In this document: in pieces, positions 27,613 through 39,322 of the stretch | Layout: each line of letters begins with the position of its first letter | How positions within the stretch are numbered: the stretch's first letter is position 1 | Program-made: the position numbers and the translations under genes | From: an uncultured Clostridia bacterium | GTDB lineage: Bacteria; Bacillota; Clostridia; Christensenellales; CAG-917 | Length of the DNA stretch: 64,000 nt | Assembly (NCBI GenBank): GCA_947581925.1 | Contig: CANPWB010000002.1 | Coordinates: 64,363 to 128,362 of the forward strand | Reading direction: 5' to 3' | The notes under the pieces: generated by a model | What the model was told of the DNA's origin: nothing | Databases searched by the model: none | Seen by the model: only the letters and a program-made list of their open reading frames with translations

Positions 27613-29064
27613 TTACCAGAGGTCGTCGTTTCTCACTACGGACGCACCTTGAGCTGCGCGGGCAATTGCGTCAATGCCTTTTTTTGCGGCGTCCTTGCCA
27701 AGGTAGCCGTCGTTTGTTATGGCGACGACATTGCCGTTTGACGCGATGAGGCGCAGGCGGAATTCATTTTTATTATCAAGATAGATCTCCCACTTGGGGC
27801 ACTTTTGCTCGACAGGTTTCTTGAGAGTCTGATCCTCGATTGGCGCGGTCGCGGCATTGTTCATTACGCTTTGAATGCCGCCCTTGCACGACGCAAGATC
27901 TTTGTATGCGCCGCCCGGCACAGCAAGCACTCTCTTGTTTGAAGAGTAAAGTTTGTAGACAAAATTGCCTTTGTCAGTCTTTTTGATGACGAATTTGCCG
28001 TGTTGAGGCTTGGTCTCGTCTGCCTCGATCAAAACTTTTTCTTCATCATTGCTCATATTATTGTCCTCCTTTTTGGCGGTTGTTTTCTTTTCTGCAGTGG
28101 CTTTAGCTGCTGGAGCCGCGTCCTTCTGCGCGTTTTGAGCGGTTACATCTGCCGCTACATTATTCTGTTTGGAGTTGTCGGCAGGCTTTTTCGCCGTTTT
28201 CTTTGCGGGTTTAGCCTCTGCCTCTATTTCGCTGCTCGTTTCGGACGTCGTTTTCTTCTTGGACGACTTTTTGACGTTTATCGTGGCGGCTGCCCACACG
28301 CCTTCCGTTGCGGCGCTTTTTTTGGAGCTATAGGGGTCTAAATTATCGTCGGACTCGTTGCCGTATTCTGTCCTCGCAATGCGAGGTTTTGAGGAATTTT
28401 TGTTATGAGGCTTAGCTGACGGCTTTTCTGTAGTGATCGGGGCGGGGGAAACTTCTTGCGTTTGCGCAGGCTCATCATGCGCAGGTTCTTCTTGCGCAGG
28501 CTCTTCTGTAATAAGTTCTGATCCTTGTTCTTCCGAGCTTTCGGCTTGCTCTTCCGACGCTTGAGAGGCTGACGGTTCTTCCTCTTGAGAATCGGAGGAT
28601 CCGTCCTCTTGATCGACGGGCTGTACGGTCTCTTCAGAATTGGGCTGCTCATGTGATTGATCGTCGGACGGTTCGTCCGCTTGATCGTCGGACGGTTCGT
28701 CAAAGTTTTCCTCGGCAGGCTCTTCAGACTCCTCAACATGATCGGCATCCTCGGCATCTTCATCAAGTTCTTCGCCAAGGGATTCGTCTTCTACAAGCTC
28801 TTCCTCTTCATCAATCTCGTCTTCTACTATGAGTTCTTCCTCTTCATCAAGCTCATCTTCTTCAATAAGCTCATCCTCTTCGACAAGTTCATCTTCTACG
28901 ATGGGGTCCTCTATCTCATCGATTTCATCAACTTCCTCGAGCATTTCAAGTTCTTCCTCATCATCGCTCTGCTCAGAAGAGTCGAGAAGGACGCCGACAG
29001 GGGCATACTTGTCGTATTCTACGACCTCGCTGTTCAAAAAGACTTTTTTGTCGTCATTACCCAT
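27613..29064 (-). CDS. disordered acidic-block / basic-block protein with two C-terminal YegP (DUF1508) domains
   Basis: 483 aa. Residues ~30-200 are mostly D/E (EDELVEEDELIEEDELDEEEEL.., DEPSDDQADEPSDDQ). Residues ~200-345 are K/A/S/T-rich (KPAKKTAKKPAD, AEKKTTAKKE). The C-terminus has two YegP-like repeats (GKFVIKKTDKGNFVYKLYSSNKRVLA..; KWEIYLDNKNEFRLRLIASNGNVVAI..GYLGKDAAKKGIDAI). Confidence 0.7.
   Translation of the reverse strand: MGNDDKKVFLNSEVVEYDKYAPVGVLLDSSEQSDDEEELEMLEEVDEIDEIEDPIVEDELVEEDELIEEDELDEEEELIVEDEIDEEEELVEDESLGEELDEDAEDADHVEESEEPAEENFDEPSDDQADEPSDDQSHEQPNSEETVQPVDQEDGSSDSQEEEPSASQASEEQAESSEEQGSELITEEPAQEEPAHDEPAQTQEVSPAPITTEKPSAKPHNKNSSKPRIARTEYGNESDDNLDPYSSKKSAATEGVWAAATINVKKSSKKKTTSETSSEIEAEAKPAKKTAKKPADNSKQNNVAADVTAQNAQKDAAPAAKATAEKKTTAKKEDNNMSNDEEKVLIEADETKPQHGKFVIKKTDKGNFVYKLYSSNKRVLAVPGGAYKDLASCKGGIQSVMNNAATAPIEDQTLKKPVEQKCPKWEIYLDNKNEFRLRLIASNGNVVAITNDGYLGKDAAKKGIDAIARAAQGASVVRNDDLW
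28657..28704. repeat. 24-nt tandem duplication inside the acidic region
   Basis: ttgatcgtcggacggttcgtc occurs twice at period 24. On the coding minus strand it encodes DEPSDDQ twice. Confidence 0.85.
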
Positions 29065-29198
29065 AATGCTCCTCGGAGCTTAGCTCAAAAGCTCCATATT
29101 TCGACTTTATTATTTATATTCTAACATATACTACGATGTAAATCAACACTCAAAGAAAATTTATTTTCGGTAAATTTTGTGGTTTTCAAAGAAAAAAA

Positions 29199-29227
29199 TT
29201 GAAAATCAACACAATATGTGGTATGAT
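29199..29227 (+). promoter_or_regulatory. sigma-A promoter (extended -10) placed 8 nt from the pcrA ATG
   Basis: TTGAAA (29199-29204), a 17-nt spacer ending in TGg, then TATGAT (29222-29227). The pcrA ATG is at 29236. Confidence 0.5.
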
Positions 29228-29235
29228 AAGGCAGT

Positions 29236-31449
29236 ATGAAAATAGAGCTTAATCCACAACAGAAACAGGCGGTCATGGACACCGAGGGGGCTATCCTGGT
29301 TATAGCGGGCGCGGGCAGCGGCAAGACGCGAGTGCTCACGGAGCGCATATGTCATTTGATAGAACTTGGCGTGTCGCCGTACAACATTCTTGCGCTGACG
29401 TTCACCAACAAGGCGGCAAACGAGATGAAGGAGCGTATTGAGCGCGAGATAGGCGCTTCGCAGGTTTGGACGAGCACTTTCCACTCGCTTTGCGCGCGCA
29501 TTTTGCGCATAGATATTGACAAACTCGGCTATACGAAGGATTTCACGATATATACGGAGCAGGAGAGCGACCGCGTAGTCAAGCGCGTACTTATGGATAT
29601 GCCGTCCATCGACCCGAAAAAGAAGGGCGAGTATCTTTGGCATATCTCGCGCGCCAAGACGCTTGCGCTCTCGCCCGACGACTATTATGACGAGATAAAG
29701 CGAGACGACAACGACGCTTTCAACATAAAAAAAGTATATGTCCGCTATGAGGAGGAGCTCAAACGCTCCAACAGCCTCGATTACGACGACCTACTGCTCA
29801 AGACGGTGCAGCTTTTCGAGGAATTTCCCGACGTGCTTGAAAAATATCGCAGGCGGTTTTTATATACGCATGTGGATGAATTTCAAGACACAAACAGGCT
29901 GCAATACAAAATCATGAAGATGATAGCCTCGGGCAGCGGCAACGTTTTTGCGGTGGGCGACGAGGACCAATCCATATATAGCTGGCGCGGCGCTGATATC
30001 CGCAACATCCTCGAGTTCGAAAAAGATTTCAAGGGCGCGAAGATATACAAGCTGGAGCAGAATTACAGGAGCACCACGTCCATACTTAAAGCCGCGAACA
30101 GGGTCATCAAAAACAACTCTCAGCGCCAGGACAAGACTTTGTGGAGCGATATCGACAGCGACGATCCTATAGTGTATTACGAGGCGTACAGCGACCGCGA
30201 CGAGGCGGAGCAGGTGGCAAGGACGGTGGACGCGCTTGTCAAGGAAGGGCTTAGCTACAGCGACATCGCGGTCTTGGTACGCGCAAACTCGCTCACCCGC
30301 CTTTTTGAAGAGGAGTTCAATCTGCACTCCATACCATATAAGGTGTTCGGCGGTTTCCGTTTCTTCGAGCGCAAGGAGATAAAGGACGCGCTTGCCTATG
30401 TGCGCTTGGCGATAAATCCGCACGACAGCGACAGCCTACTCAGGATAATCAACTATCCGCGCAGAGGCATAGGCGAGACTACTGTGAGGGAGCTCATCAA
30501 TGCAGCGGCGAAACAGGGCATATCCGTGTACGACGCGCTTAAAAGCGGCGCGGGATTGAGCGCGGCGACAGTCAAAAAACTCATGCCGTTCAGAGCGTGT
30601 ATAGACGACATCATAGCCGCGTGCGCGACGATGAAACCCACTGAATTTATACAATACGTCGTGCGCAAGAGCGGCATAGAGACATTTTTGTCCACAAGCG
30701 CGGATATTGAGGACGCTACGCGTCTCGACAACGTGCAGGAACTCGTGAACGCCGTGAGCGAGTTTGAGAAGGACAATCCCGAGCTTGGCATATCCGAATT
30801 TATGCAGTCTGTCGCGCTCGTTTCCGATACGGACGAGATGGACGATCAAAACTATGTCAGCATTGCGACCATCCACGCCGTCAAGGGGCTGGAATTCGAG
30901 GCTGTATTCATAGTAGGGCTCGAAGAGGGCATTTTCCCGTCGCAGCGCGCGATAATAAGCGGCGACATAGAGGAAGAGCGCAGGCTGATGTATGTCGCCA
31001 TCACGCGCGCAAAGCGCAAACTGTATGTAGTGAATTCGCGCTCGCGCTATCGTTTCGGCAAGACTGAGTACATGCCAAAAAGCCGCTTTATCGGCGAGAT
31101 GTCGGGCGTCAAGCAGACGATGAGATACACGAATTCGGGCTACGGCACGCAAAATGAAGAGCGAATAAAGCTCGGCGCAAATGCGTCCTCGGCGGCGTCC
31201 GTACTCAAGGGCGGGGCATTCACGCCTCAAAAAAAGAGCGCGCCTTCGACCTCGAACGGAGTGGATCTCGACAAATTTGTCAAGAATACTGTCGTGGAGC
31301 ACACAAAGTTCGGGCGCGGTATAATCGTAGAGACGAGTGGCGAAGGCGAGGACAAGATAGCGGCGATCGCATTCAAAGGTTTGGGGGTCAAACGCTTTGC
31401 GCTCGCTATAGCCGCTGTGAGTCTGAAGATCGTGGACGACCCGTCTTGA
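29236..31449 (+). CDS. pcrA: ATP-dependent DNA helicase PcrA (UvrD family)
   Basis: LNPQQKQAV, Walker A AGAGSGKT, VDEFQDTN, QNYRST, TIHAVKGLEF and YVAITRAK are present. Confidence 0.95.
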   Translation: MKIELNPQQKQAVMDTEGAILVIAGAGSGKTRVLTERICHLIELGVSPYNILALTFTNKAANEMKERIEREIGASQVWTSTFHSLCARILRIDIDKLGYTKDFTIYTEQESDRVVKRVLMDMPSIDPKKKGEYLWHISRAKTLALSPDDYYDEIKRDDNDAFNIKKVYVRYEEELKRSNSLDYDDLLLKTVQLFEEFPDVLEKYRRRFLYTHVDEFQDTNRLQYKIMKMIASGSGNVFAVGDEDQSIYSWRGADIRNILEFEKDFKGAKIYKLEQNYRSTTSILKAANRVIKNNSQRQDKTLWSDIDSDDPIVYYEAYSDRDEAEQVARTVDALVKEGLSYSDIAVLVRANSLTRLFEEEFNLHSIPYKVFGGFRFFERKEIKDALAYVRLAINPHDSDSLLRIINYPRRGIGETTVRELINAAAKQGISVYDALKSGAGLSAATVKKLMPFRACIDDIIAACATMKPTEFIQYVVRKSGIETFLSTSADIEDATRLDNVQELVNAVSEFEKDNPELGISEFMQSVALVSDTDEMDDQNYVSIATIHAVKGLEFEAVFIVGLEEGIFPSQRAIISGDIEEERRLMYVAITRAKRKLYVVNSRSRYRFGKTEYMPKSRFIGEMSGVKQTMRYTNSGYGTQNEERIKLGANASSAASVLKGGAFTPQKKSAPSTSNGVDLDKFVKNTVVEHTKFGRGIIVETSGEGEDKIAAIAFKGLGVKRFALAIAAVSLKIVDDPS

Positions 31450-31664
31450 GCGTTTGATGACAACAGTGTAAATTGTGTAAAATCGAGTATCTAAACGAAT
31501 AGACTTGCAAAATCTAGCGAATATACGGATGAATATCCGATAAGTATCACAGATAATAAAATAATACGAGACATCAACGAATATTGACCTGAAAACATGC
31601 CGCCTCGCGTAGGCGCCGGGCTTGTCTAGGGCGCACAGTGTCGAGAGGCAAGATATGTAGGTAG

Positions 31665-33614
<1,950 letters not shown>

Positions 33615-33867
33615 CGCGCATCCATTATGATGTAAAGTGCGGAAAATATTGTATATCTAATTCAACTTTAAACGATTAGAATACTATAAATGTGAACGTA
33701 GAATTTACAAGTCCGCATTTTTATTTCAAGATAAATTTCGGCATACGTAATAAGTTTTGTTTAAAGTGGCGACATCTGCCCGAGACATTTGAAAATGTTT
33801 GTCAAATTTGTTGTGCAAACATAATTTTTATGATATACTTTAAAAAATATATTTCTCAGGTGCGCGT

Positions 33868-34812
33868 ATGTACAGCATGACAGGCTACGGCAAAGGGATC
33901 GCTTCGGACGGCGAAAAGACGGTAACAGTCGAGCTCAAGAGCGTCAATCACAGATATTTGGACTTCGGCATAAAGTTGCCAAAGAATTTCCTTTTTGTCG
34001 AGGACGCCGTCAAGAAAGCGATCGGCGCGGCAATATCCCGCGGACATATAGACGTCTTTTTGACCTATGATCAAAAGGCGGGCAGCGCGGACGATTTTGC
34101 CGTTGACGAACAGCTTGCCGCGAAGTATATCGCCGCGGCAAACGCGCTTGCGGGGCAGGTGATGCGCTCCGCGATAAAGGGCGTGTTTATGGACGGATCT
34201 ATGATATCTTCCGATGAAAGGGCAGCGCAAAATATTATACTCCGCGAGGCGCTGAGACAGCCCGACATAATTGTACGCAAGCAAGCGGCGGAGGATCCCG
34301 CCAAGCTAGAGGCGGAACTTACAAAATTGACGATGGACGCTCTTTGTGCCGCGCTTGAAAATTTAAAGGTGATGAGGGCGCGCGAGGGCGAGGCGCTCAA
34401 GACGGACGTCAAAAAGAAACTTGACAACATCGCCGCGTCCCTCAAAGTCATTACGGAGCTTGCTCCCGATGTAGTGAAGGCGTATCGCGAGAGCATGACC
34501 GCTCGTATAGCGGAAGTGCTCGACCCCACAAAAATCGACGAACAGCGGCTCGCGACGGAAGTCGCGCTGTATGCGGATCACTGCTGTATAGACGAGGAGA
34601 TCACGCGCCTTGGCACGCACATATCCGCGATGCGCGCGCTCATTGAGGCGGATGAGCCCGTCGGCAGGAAGATGGATTTCCTCGTGCAGGAGTTCAACCG
34701 CGAGGCGAACACCATAGGCTCCAAAGCGAACGATATCCGAATAACAAACGAGGTGCTTGCAATCAAAAACGAGATCGAAAAATTGCGCGAGCAAGCCGCA
34801 AATATCGAGTAA
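33868..34812 (+). CDS. yicC: YicC-family stress-induced protein (endoribonuclease YloC-like)
   Basis: SMTGYGKG start, SVNHRYLD and the C-terminal DUF1732 motif QEFNREANTIGSKA are present. Confidence 0.85.
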   Translation: MYSMTGYGKGIASDGEKTVTVELKSVNHRYLDFGIKLPKNFLFVEDAVKKAIGAAISRGHIDVFLTYDQKAGSADDFAVDEQLAAKYIAAANALAGQVMRSAIKGVFMDGSMISSDERAAQNIILREALRQPDIIVRKQAAEDPAKLEAELTKLTMDALCAALENLKVMRAREGEALKTDVKKKLDNIAASLKVITELAPDVVKAYRESMTARIAEVLDPTKIDEQRLATEVALYADHCCIDEEITRLGTHISAMRALIEADEPVGRKMDFLVQEFNREANTIGSKANDIRITNEVLAIKNEIEKLREQAANIE

Positions 34813-34957
34813 AATCGTATACGGTGCAACTATCGCGCGATATGGAAATCAAGATATAATTCAGTGAGCATCGCGTAATAGCGCTTGGGCGGCAATAAAT
34901 ACGCAAAATAGGCGTCAAAGCCAAAATATAAAACCAAGATCGCATAAGAGGCAATTT

Positions 34958-35569
34958 ATGAACACGAAAAAGAGCATGTTGATCGTAATTTCCGGCTTCA
35001 GCGGCGTCGGAAAAGGCACCGTCGTGGACCTCGTTTTCGACAGCCTTCCTAACATCCAATTCTCCATATCTTGCACGACGAGGGCGCCGAGAGCGGGCGA
35101 GGAGCACGGAGTCAATTACTTCTTCATCACGGAAGAGGAGTTTGAAAAGAAGGTGCAGGCGGGCGAGTTTGTGGAGTACACGACGACGTTTACAAATCGT
35201 TACGGCACTTTGAAGAGCGAGATAGACAAGCCGCTCTCCAAGGGCGTAGACGTGTTGCTGGAGCTCAACGTAGTCGGCGCGAAAAACATTAAAAAGCTCT
35301 ATCCCGACTGCGTGACGATATTCATCACCCCGCCGTCCATAGACGCGCTAAAAGCGAGGCTCATCGGCAGAGGCAGCGAGGACGAGGACAGCATAAATCG
35401 CCGTCTCGAGGAGATAGAGCTCGAAAGCAAGGAGATAAAAAATTACGACTATGTTGTGACAAACAATGTCGCAAAGACCTGTGCGGAAAAAATAGTGGCA
35501 ATAATAAGGAGCGAGCACCTACGCGCGTCCCGCCAAAATTTAGACAATCTATTCAAAGAGGAGAACTGA
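34958..35569 (+). CDS. gmk: guanylate kinase
   Basis: P-loop SGFSGVGKGT and CTTRAPRAGEEHGVNYFF are present. Confidence 0.95.
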   Translation: MNTKKSMLIVISGFSGVGKGTVVDLVFDSLPNIQFSISCTTRAPRAGEEHGVNYFFITEEEFEKKVQAGEFVEYTTTFTNRYGTLKSEIDKPLSKGVDVLLELNVVGAKNIKKLYPDCVTIFITPPSIDALKARLIGRGSEDEDSINRRLEEIELESKEIKNYDYVVTNNVAKTCAEKIVAIIRSEHLRASRQNLDNLFKEEN

Positions 35570-35573
35570 AACT

Positions 35574-35768
35574 ATGATGATCGATCCCCCAATCGACAAA
35601 CTTATCAAGAAAGCGGAGTGCAGATATGCGCTCACATGCGCCGTTGCAAAGCGCACGAGAGAACTTGTCACAAGCGAAAGCTCCTATCTTGCCGAGAGCG
35701 GCGAAAAGCCTATCTCCCTCGCTTGCAAGGAGATATATGAAGGCAAGATCAAGATAGTGCGCGACTGA
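35574..35768 (+). CDS. rpoZ: DNA-directed RNA polymerase subunit omega
   Basis: 64 aa with RYALTCAVAKRTRELV. It sits in the conserved position after gmk. Confidence 0.85.
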   Translation: MMIDPPIDKLIKKAECRYALTCAVAKRTRELVTSESSYLAESGEKPISLACKEIYEGKIKIVRD

Positions 35769-35779
35769 CCTGAAAAATT

Positions 35780-36958
35780 ATGCTTTACGGGAAAAATATC
35801 GTCCTCGGAGTGAGCGGGGGCATAGCTTGCTATAAAGCCTGCGAGATAGTATCTCGACTCAAGGCGTTAGGGGCAGGGGTGGATGTCATAATGACGGAAC
35901 ACGCCTGTCGTTTTGTCGCGCCGCTCACCTTCCAGACGCTTGCGAAGTCCGCGGTAGTTACCGATGCGTTCGAGCCCGTAAAGGAGTATGATATCAACCA
36001 TATTTCGCTTGCGAAAAAGGCGGATATAATGGTCATCGCGCCCGCGACGGCAAACGTCATAGCGAAATTCGCGGAGGGGCTTGCCGACGACATTTTGAGC
36101 ACGACCTACCTCGCCTGCAACTCAAAAAAACTCATATGTCCCGCGATGAACACCGCGATGTACGAGGACGAGGCTACTCAGGCAAATATGCGTACGCTTT
36201 CGGAGCGCGGGGCGGATATAATGGACTCTCCGAGCGGCAGGCTCGCATGTGGGAACAGCGGCAAGGGCAGGATGGCGGAACCCGTCGATATCGTAAACAG
36301 AATTGTCGAGATGCTCACTCCCGACCAAAGCATGCACTCTATGCGCGTACTCGTGACGGCGGGAGGCACGGAGGAGGACATCGACGGCGTACGCGTACTC
36401 ACAAACAAGTCGTCGGGCAAAATGGGCGTCGCGCTTGCAGAGGAGTGCGCCGCAAGGGGCGCGAGCGTAGTTTTTGTGCACGGCAATATGAGTGTCCCCG
36501 TCCCGAAGTGCATAGAGAGCGCTATATACGCCCGCACCACAGGGGATATGCTTAAGGCTTGCGAGCGCGAATTTGAAAATTGTCAAGCGGCTATTATGGC
36601 GGCTGCTCCCGCGGATTACAAGCCGAAAGTCAAACCTTTGGGCAAGCTAAAGGCAAGCGAAGTCACTTTGCAACTTGAGAAAAACCCCGATATTGCCGCT
36701 ACGCTGGGCGCGCGCAAGGGAGACAGGAAACTTATCGTATTCGCCGCCGAGACAGACGATATTTTGAAAAACGCAAAGGCGAAACTTTGCTCAAAACATG
36801 CGGACGCAGTCGTCGCAAACGATGTCACGCTTGAGGGCGCGGGATTTGACGCAGATACCAATATAGCGACTATCATACGCGCGGACGGCGCCGTATTTGA
36901 AAGCGGGAAAGTGAGCAAGCGACAACTTGCCGCTTTGATTTTGGATAAAACGCTATGA
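35780..36958 (+). CDS. coaBC: bifunctional phosphopantothenoylcysteine decarboxylase / synthetase
   Basis: Flavoprotein N-domain GVSGGIACYK..PAMN and CoaB domain SSGKMG are present. Confidence 0.9.
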   Translation: MLYGKNIVLGVSGGIACYKACEIVSRLKALGAGVDVIMTEHACRFVAPLTFQTLAKSAVVTDAFEPVKEYDINHISLAKKADIMVIAPATANVIAKFAEGLADDILSTTYLACNSKKLICPAMNTAMYEDEATQANMRTLSERGADIMDSPSGRLACGNSGKGRMAEPVDIVNRIVEMLTPDQSMHSMRVLVTAGGTEEDIDGVRVLTNKSSGKMGVALAEECAARGASVVFVHGNMSVPVPKCIESAIYARTTGDMLKACEREFENCQAAIMAAAPADYKPKVKPLGKLKASEVTLQLEKNPDIAATLGARKGDRKLIVFAAETDDILKNAKAKLCSKHADAVVANDVTLEGAGFDADTNIATIIRADGAVFESGKVSKRQLAALILDKTL

Positions 36959-39129
36959 TCCTCGAAGTCATTGTAGACATCTCAACGGACAACGTGGACC
37001 GCTGTTTCGATTATCTTGGCGAGGACGTGCCGCTCGGCAGCCGCGTCGCCGTGGAATTCGGCAAAAAACAGCTCATAGGGTTTGTGATAGGCAAAAAAGA
37101 GACGAGCGAATTTTCGCGTCTCAAATGGGCGCGCTACATCGACACGCCGATAAGCTCCGAACAGCTGGAGCTTTTAAATTTTATGCGCACCGCCTACGAT
37201 CTCAGATATATTGACGCGCTTAGGTTGTTCGTGCCCGCAAAGCTCAGAGAGGAGAAGGATCCCGAATACTCCCGCAAATATATATCCGTAGACGGCGCTC
37301 GTACGCTCGAGGAGCTGTGCGCTACGGTGGGGAGCAGGGCGCCGAAGCAGCTTGAAGCGCTCAAATACATAGCCGCGAACGGCGGACAGTTTTTGAGCGT
37401 GCTTATGGCGAAATTCGGCGCGTCTGCGATAAACGGATTGAGAGATAAGAGCGTAGTCGAGGAGTCCCTCGTGCACGAGCGCTCCACTCCGCTCGGCACA
37501 CTTTCGAGGGAGAAAAAGACAGTCACGCTCACTCCCGCGCAAGCGAGCGCCGTGAGGTCGATAGAAGAGGGCGAAGGCACGTTTTTGCTGCACGGCGTGA
37601 CGGGTTCGGGCAAGACGGAAGTATACGAGACCGTCATCGAAGAGGAGCTTAAGCGGGGCAAGACGGCGATAATGCTCGTCCCCGAGATATCGCTGACTCC
37701 GCAGGTGCTGGGGCTTTTCAGGGCGCGGTTTGGAGACAGCGTCGCGATATTGCACAGCGGCCTCAACGCGAGCGAACGCTACGACGAGTGGAAGAGGCTC
37801 AGGACGGGCGAGGCGAGGATAGCCATAGGTGCGCGCTCCGCGATATTTGCGCCGCTTGAAAATATAGGCGTAATTATAATCGACGAGGAGCACGACGCAA
37901 GCTATCAGTCCGAAAACAATCCGCGCTATGACACAAAGACGGTGGCGGAGTATCGCGCGCACCTCTCGGGCGCGAAGTTGGTGCTCGGCTCGGCGACCCC
38001 GGACATAGAGACGTACATGCGCGCCACGGAGGGCAAATATCGTCTGCTGTCCCTTCCGGAGCGCATCTCGAAATACGCGCTCCCCGAAATGGAGATCGTG
38101 GACATGACCGCGGAGTTTCGAAGCGGCAACAGAGGCATGTTTTCCGTCACTCTCAAAGAGGCGCTCAAAGAGACGCTCGAGCGCGGGGAGCAGGCTATGC
38201 TGTTTTTGAACAGGCGCGGCTTTGCGTCCTTCATCCGCTGTAAGGAGTGCGGCTACATCGCCAAGTGCGAGGATTGCGACATTTCTCTCACATACCATAT
38301 GAGCGAGCATGAGCTCAAGTGCCACTATTGCGGCCGTCGCTATCACGAGATAACGAAGTGCCCGAATTGCGGCAGCGATCAGATAAAGCAGGGCAGGATA
38401 GGCACGGAAAAAGTCGTTGAGGAGCTAAAAGCTCTCTTCCCGAAAGTGCGCGTGCTCCGCATGGACCGTGACACTACGCAGCACAAGGACGGCTATTTCA
38501 AAATACTCGGCAGTTTCGCCGCGCACGAGGCGGACGTACTTGTAGGTACGCAGATGATAGCAAAAGGACACGACTTCGGCAATGTCACGCTTGTCGGCAT
38601 ACTCGAGGCGGACGCGGCGCTGTATTTCAGCGACTATCGCGCGTCCGAGCGCACTTTTCAGCTAATAACGCAGGTCGCGGGCAGAGCGGGGCGCGCCGAC
38701 AAAAGGGGCAGAGTTATATTGCAGACGTACGCGCCGCGGCACTATGTTTTCCGCTATGGCAAGACCTACGACTACGTCGGTTTTTTCAAAAAAGAGATAA
38801 ACACGCGCATGGTGACGAAGTTTCCGCCCTACACGAAGATAGTGCGCGTGCTCATATCCTCGGGCGACGAGCAAGACGCGGTAGACTGTACGCGGACAGT
38901 GTACAAGAGCATGCAGGCGCTCGAGCGGGAGCGCGGAAAATTCGTATATCTCGGCGCGCAACGCTCTCCCGTCACGCGTATGAACGGAATGGTGCGCTAC
39001 CAAGTGCTTATGCGCCTTGCCCCGGAGCAGTTCGGGCTTTGCATATCCGACATTTATGCCGCCGCAGACGCCGTAAAGCCAAAGAACGGGAGCATTTTTG
39101 TGGAGATAAATCCGCAAAGCCTCATGTAG
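36955..39129 (+). CDS. priA: primosomal replication restart helicase PriA
   Basis: Walker A GVTGSGKTE, IIIDEEHD, and the Cys-rich zinc module CKECGY..CEDC..CHYCG..CPNCG are present. The start overlaps the coaBC stop (ATGA). Confidence 0.95.
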   Translation: MILEVIVDISTDNVDRCFDYLGEDVPLGSRVAVEFGKKQLIGFVIGKKETSEFSRLKWARYIDTPISSEQLELLNFMRTAYDLRYIDALRLFVPAKLREEKDPEYSRKYISVDGARTLEELCATVGSRAPKQLEALKYIAANGGQFLSVLMAKFGASAINGLRDKSVVEESLVHERSTPLGTLSREKKTVTLTPAQASAVRSIEEGEGTFLLHGVTGSGKTEVYETVIEEELKRGKTAIMLVPEISLTPQVLGLFRARFGDSVAILHSGLNASERYDEWKRLRTGEARIAIGARSAIFAPLENIGVIIIDEEHDASYQSENNPRYDTKTVAEYRAHLSGAKLVLGSATPDIETYMRATEGKYRLLSLPERISKYALPEMEIVDMTAEFRSGNRGMFSVTLKEALKETLERGEQAMLFLNRRGFASFIRCKECGYIAKCEDCDISLTYHMSEHELKCHYCGRRYHEITKCPNCGSDQIKQGRIGTEKVVEELKALFPKVRVLRMDRDTTQHKDGYFKILGSFAAHEADVLVGTQMIAKGHDFGNVTLVGILEADAALYFSDYRASERTFQLITQVAGRAGRADKRGRVILQTYAPRHYVFRYGKTYDYVGFFKKEINTRMVTKFPPYTKIVRVLISSGDEQDAVDCTRTVYKSMQALERERGKFVYLGAQRSPVTRMNGMVRYQVLMRLAPEQFGLCISDIYAAADAVKPKNGSIFVEINPQSLM

Positions 39130-39322
39130 CGCAGTAGGCAAAAGCGAAAGTGCGCGCAATGTCCCAAAACAGCAAAAGTGCGCGCTTGACAAAGCAAGAT
39201 CAAACAAATACGCAGTAGACAGATACAGACAAAAAGTATAAATCGGCGGAGAACGCCTCTCACGACGGCAAAATATAAAACATAACGGCATATATCCGCT
39301 AAATGCGGAAATTGAGGCAAAT

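Noticed and set aside
28657-29124. Plus-strand ORFs (a 155-aa F/I/L-rich one and an 84-aa poly-Ser one at 28829-29083) plus repeat periodicity that might look like a repeat array.
   Set aside because: They are mirror-frame artefacts of the GAA/GAG/GAT-rich acidic region of the minus-strand gene 27613-29064. The periodic units are coding quasi-repeats. They are not CRISPR-like, because there are no conserved repeats separated by unique spacers.
33615-33867. The AT-rich 250-nt spacer upstream of yicC, including the palindrome ACATTTgaAAATGT and a 62-aa ORF (33692-33880).
   Set aside because: The ORF has no RBS and nonsense composition. The palindrome is short and AT-rich, as expected by chance in AT-rich promoter DNA.
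39130-39322. Short direct repeats (aaagtgcgcgc x2, cgcagtag(g/a)ca x2) in the priA-def spacer.
   Set aside because: They are 9-11-nt imperfect repeats without symmetry or a recognisable motif, and are likely chance or promoter-proximal redundancy.
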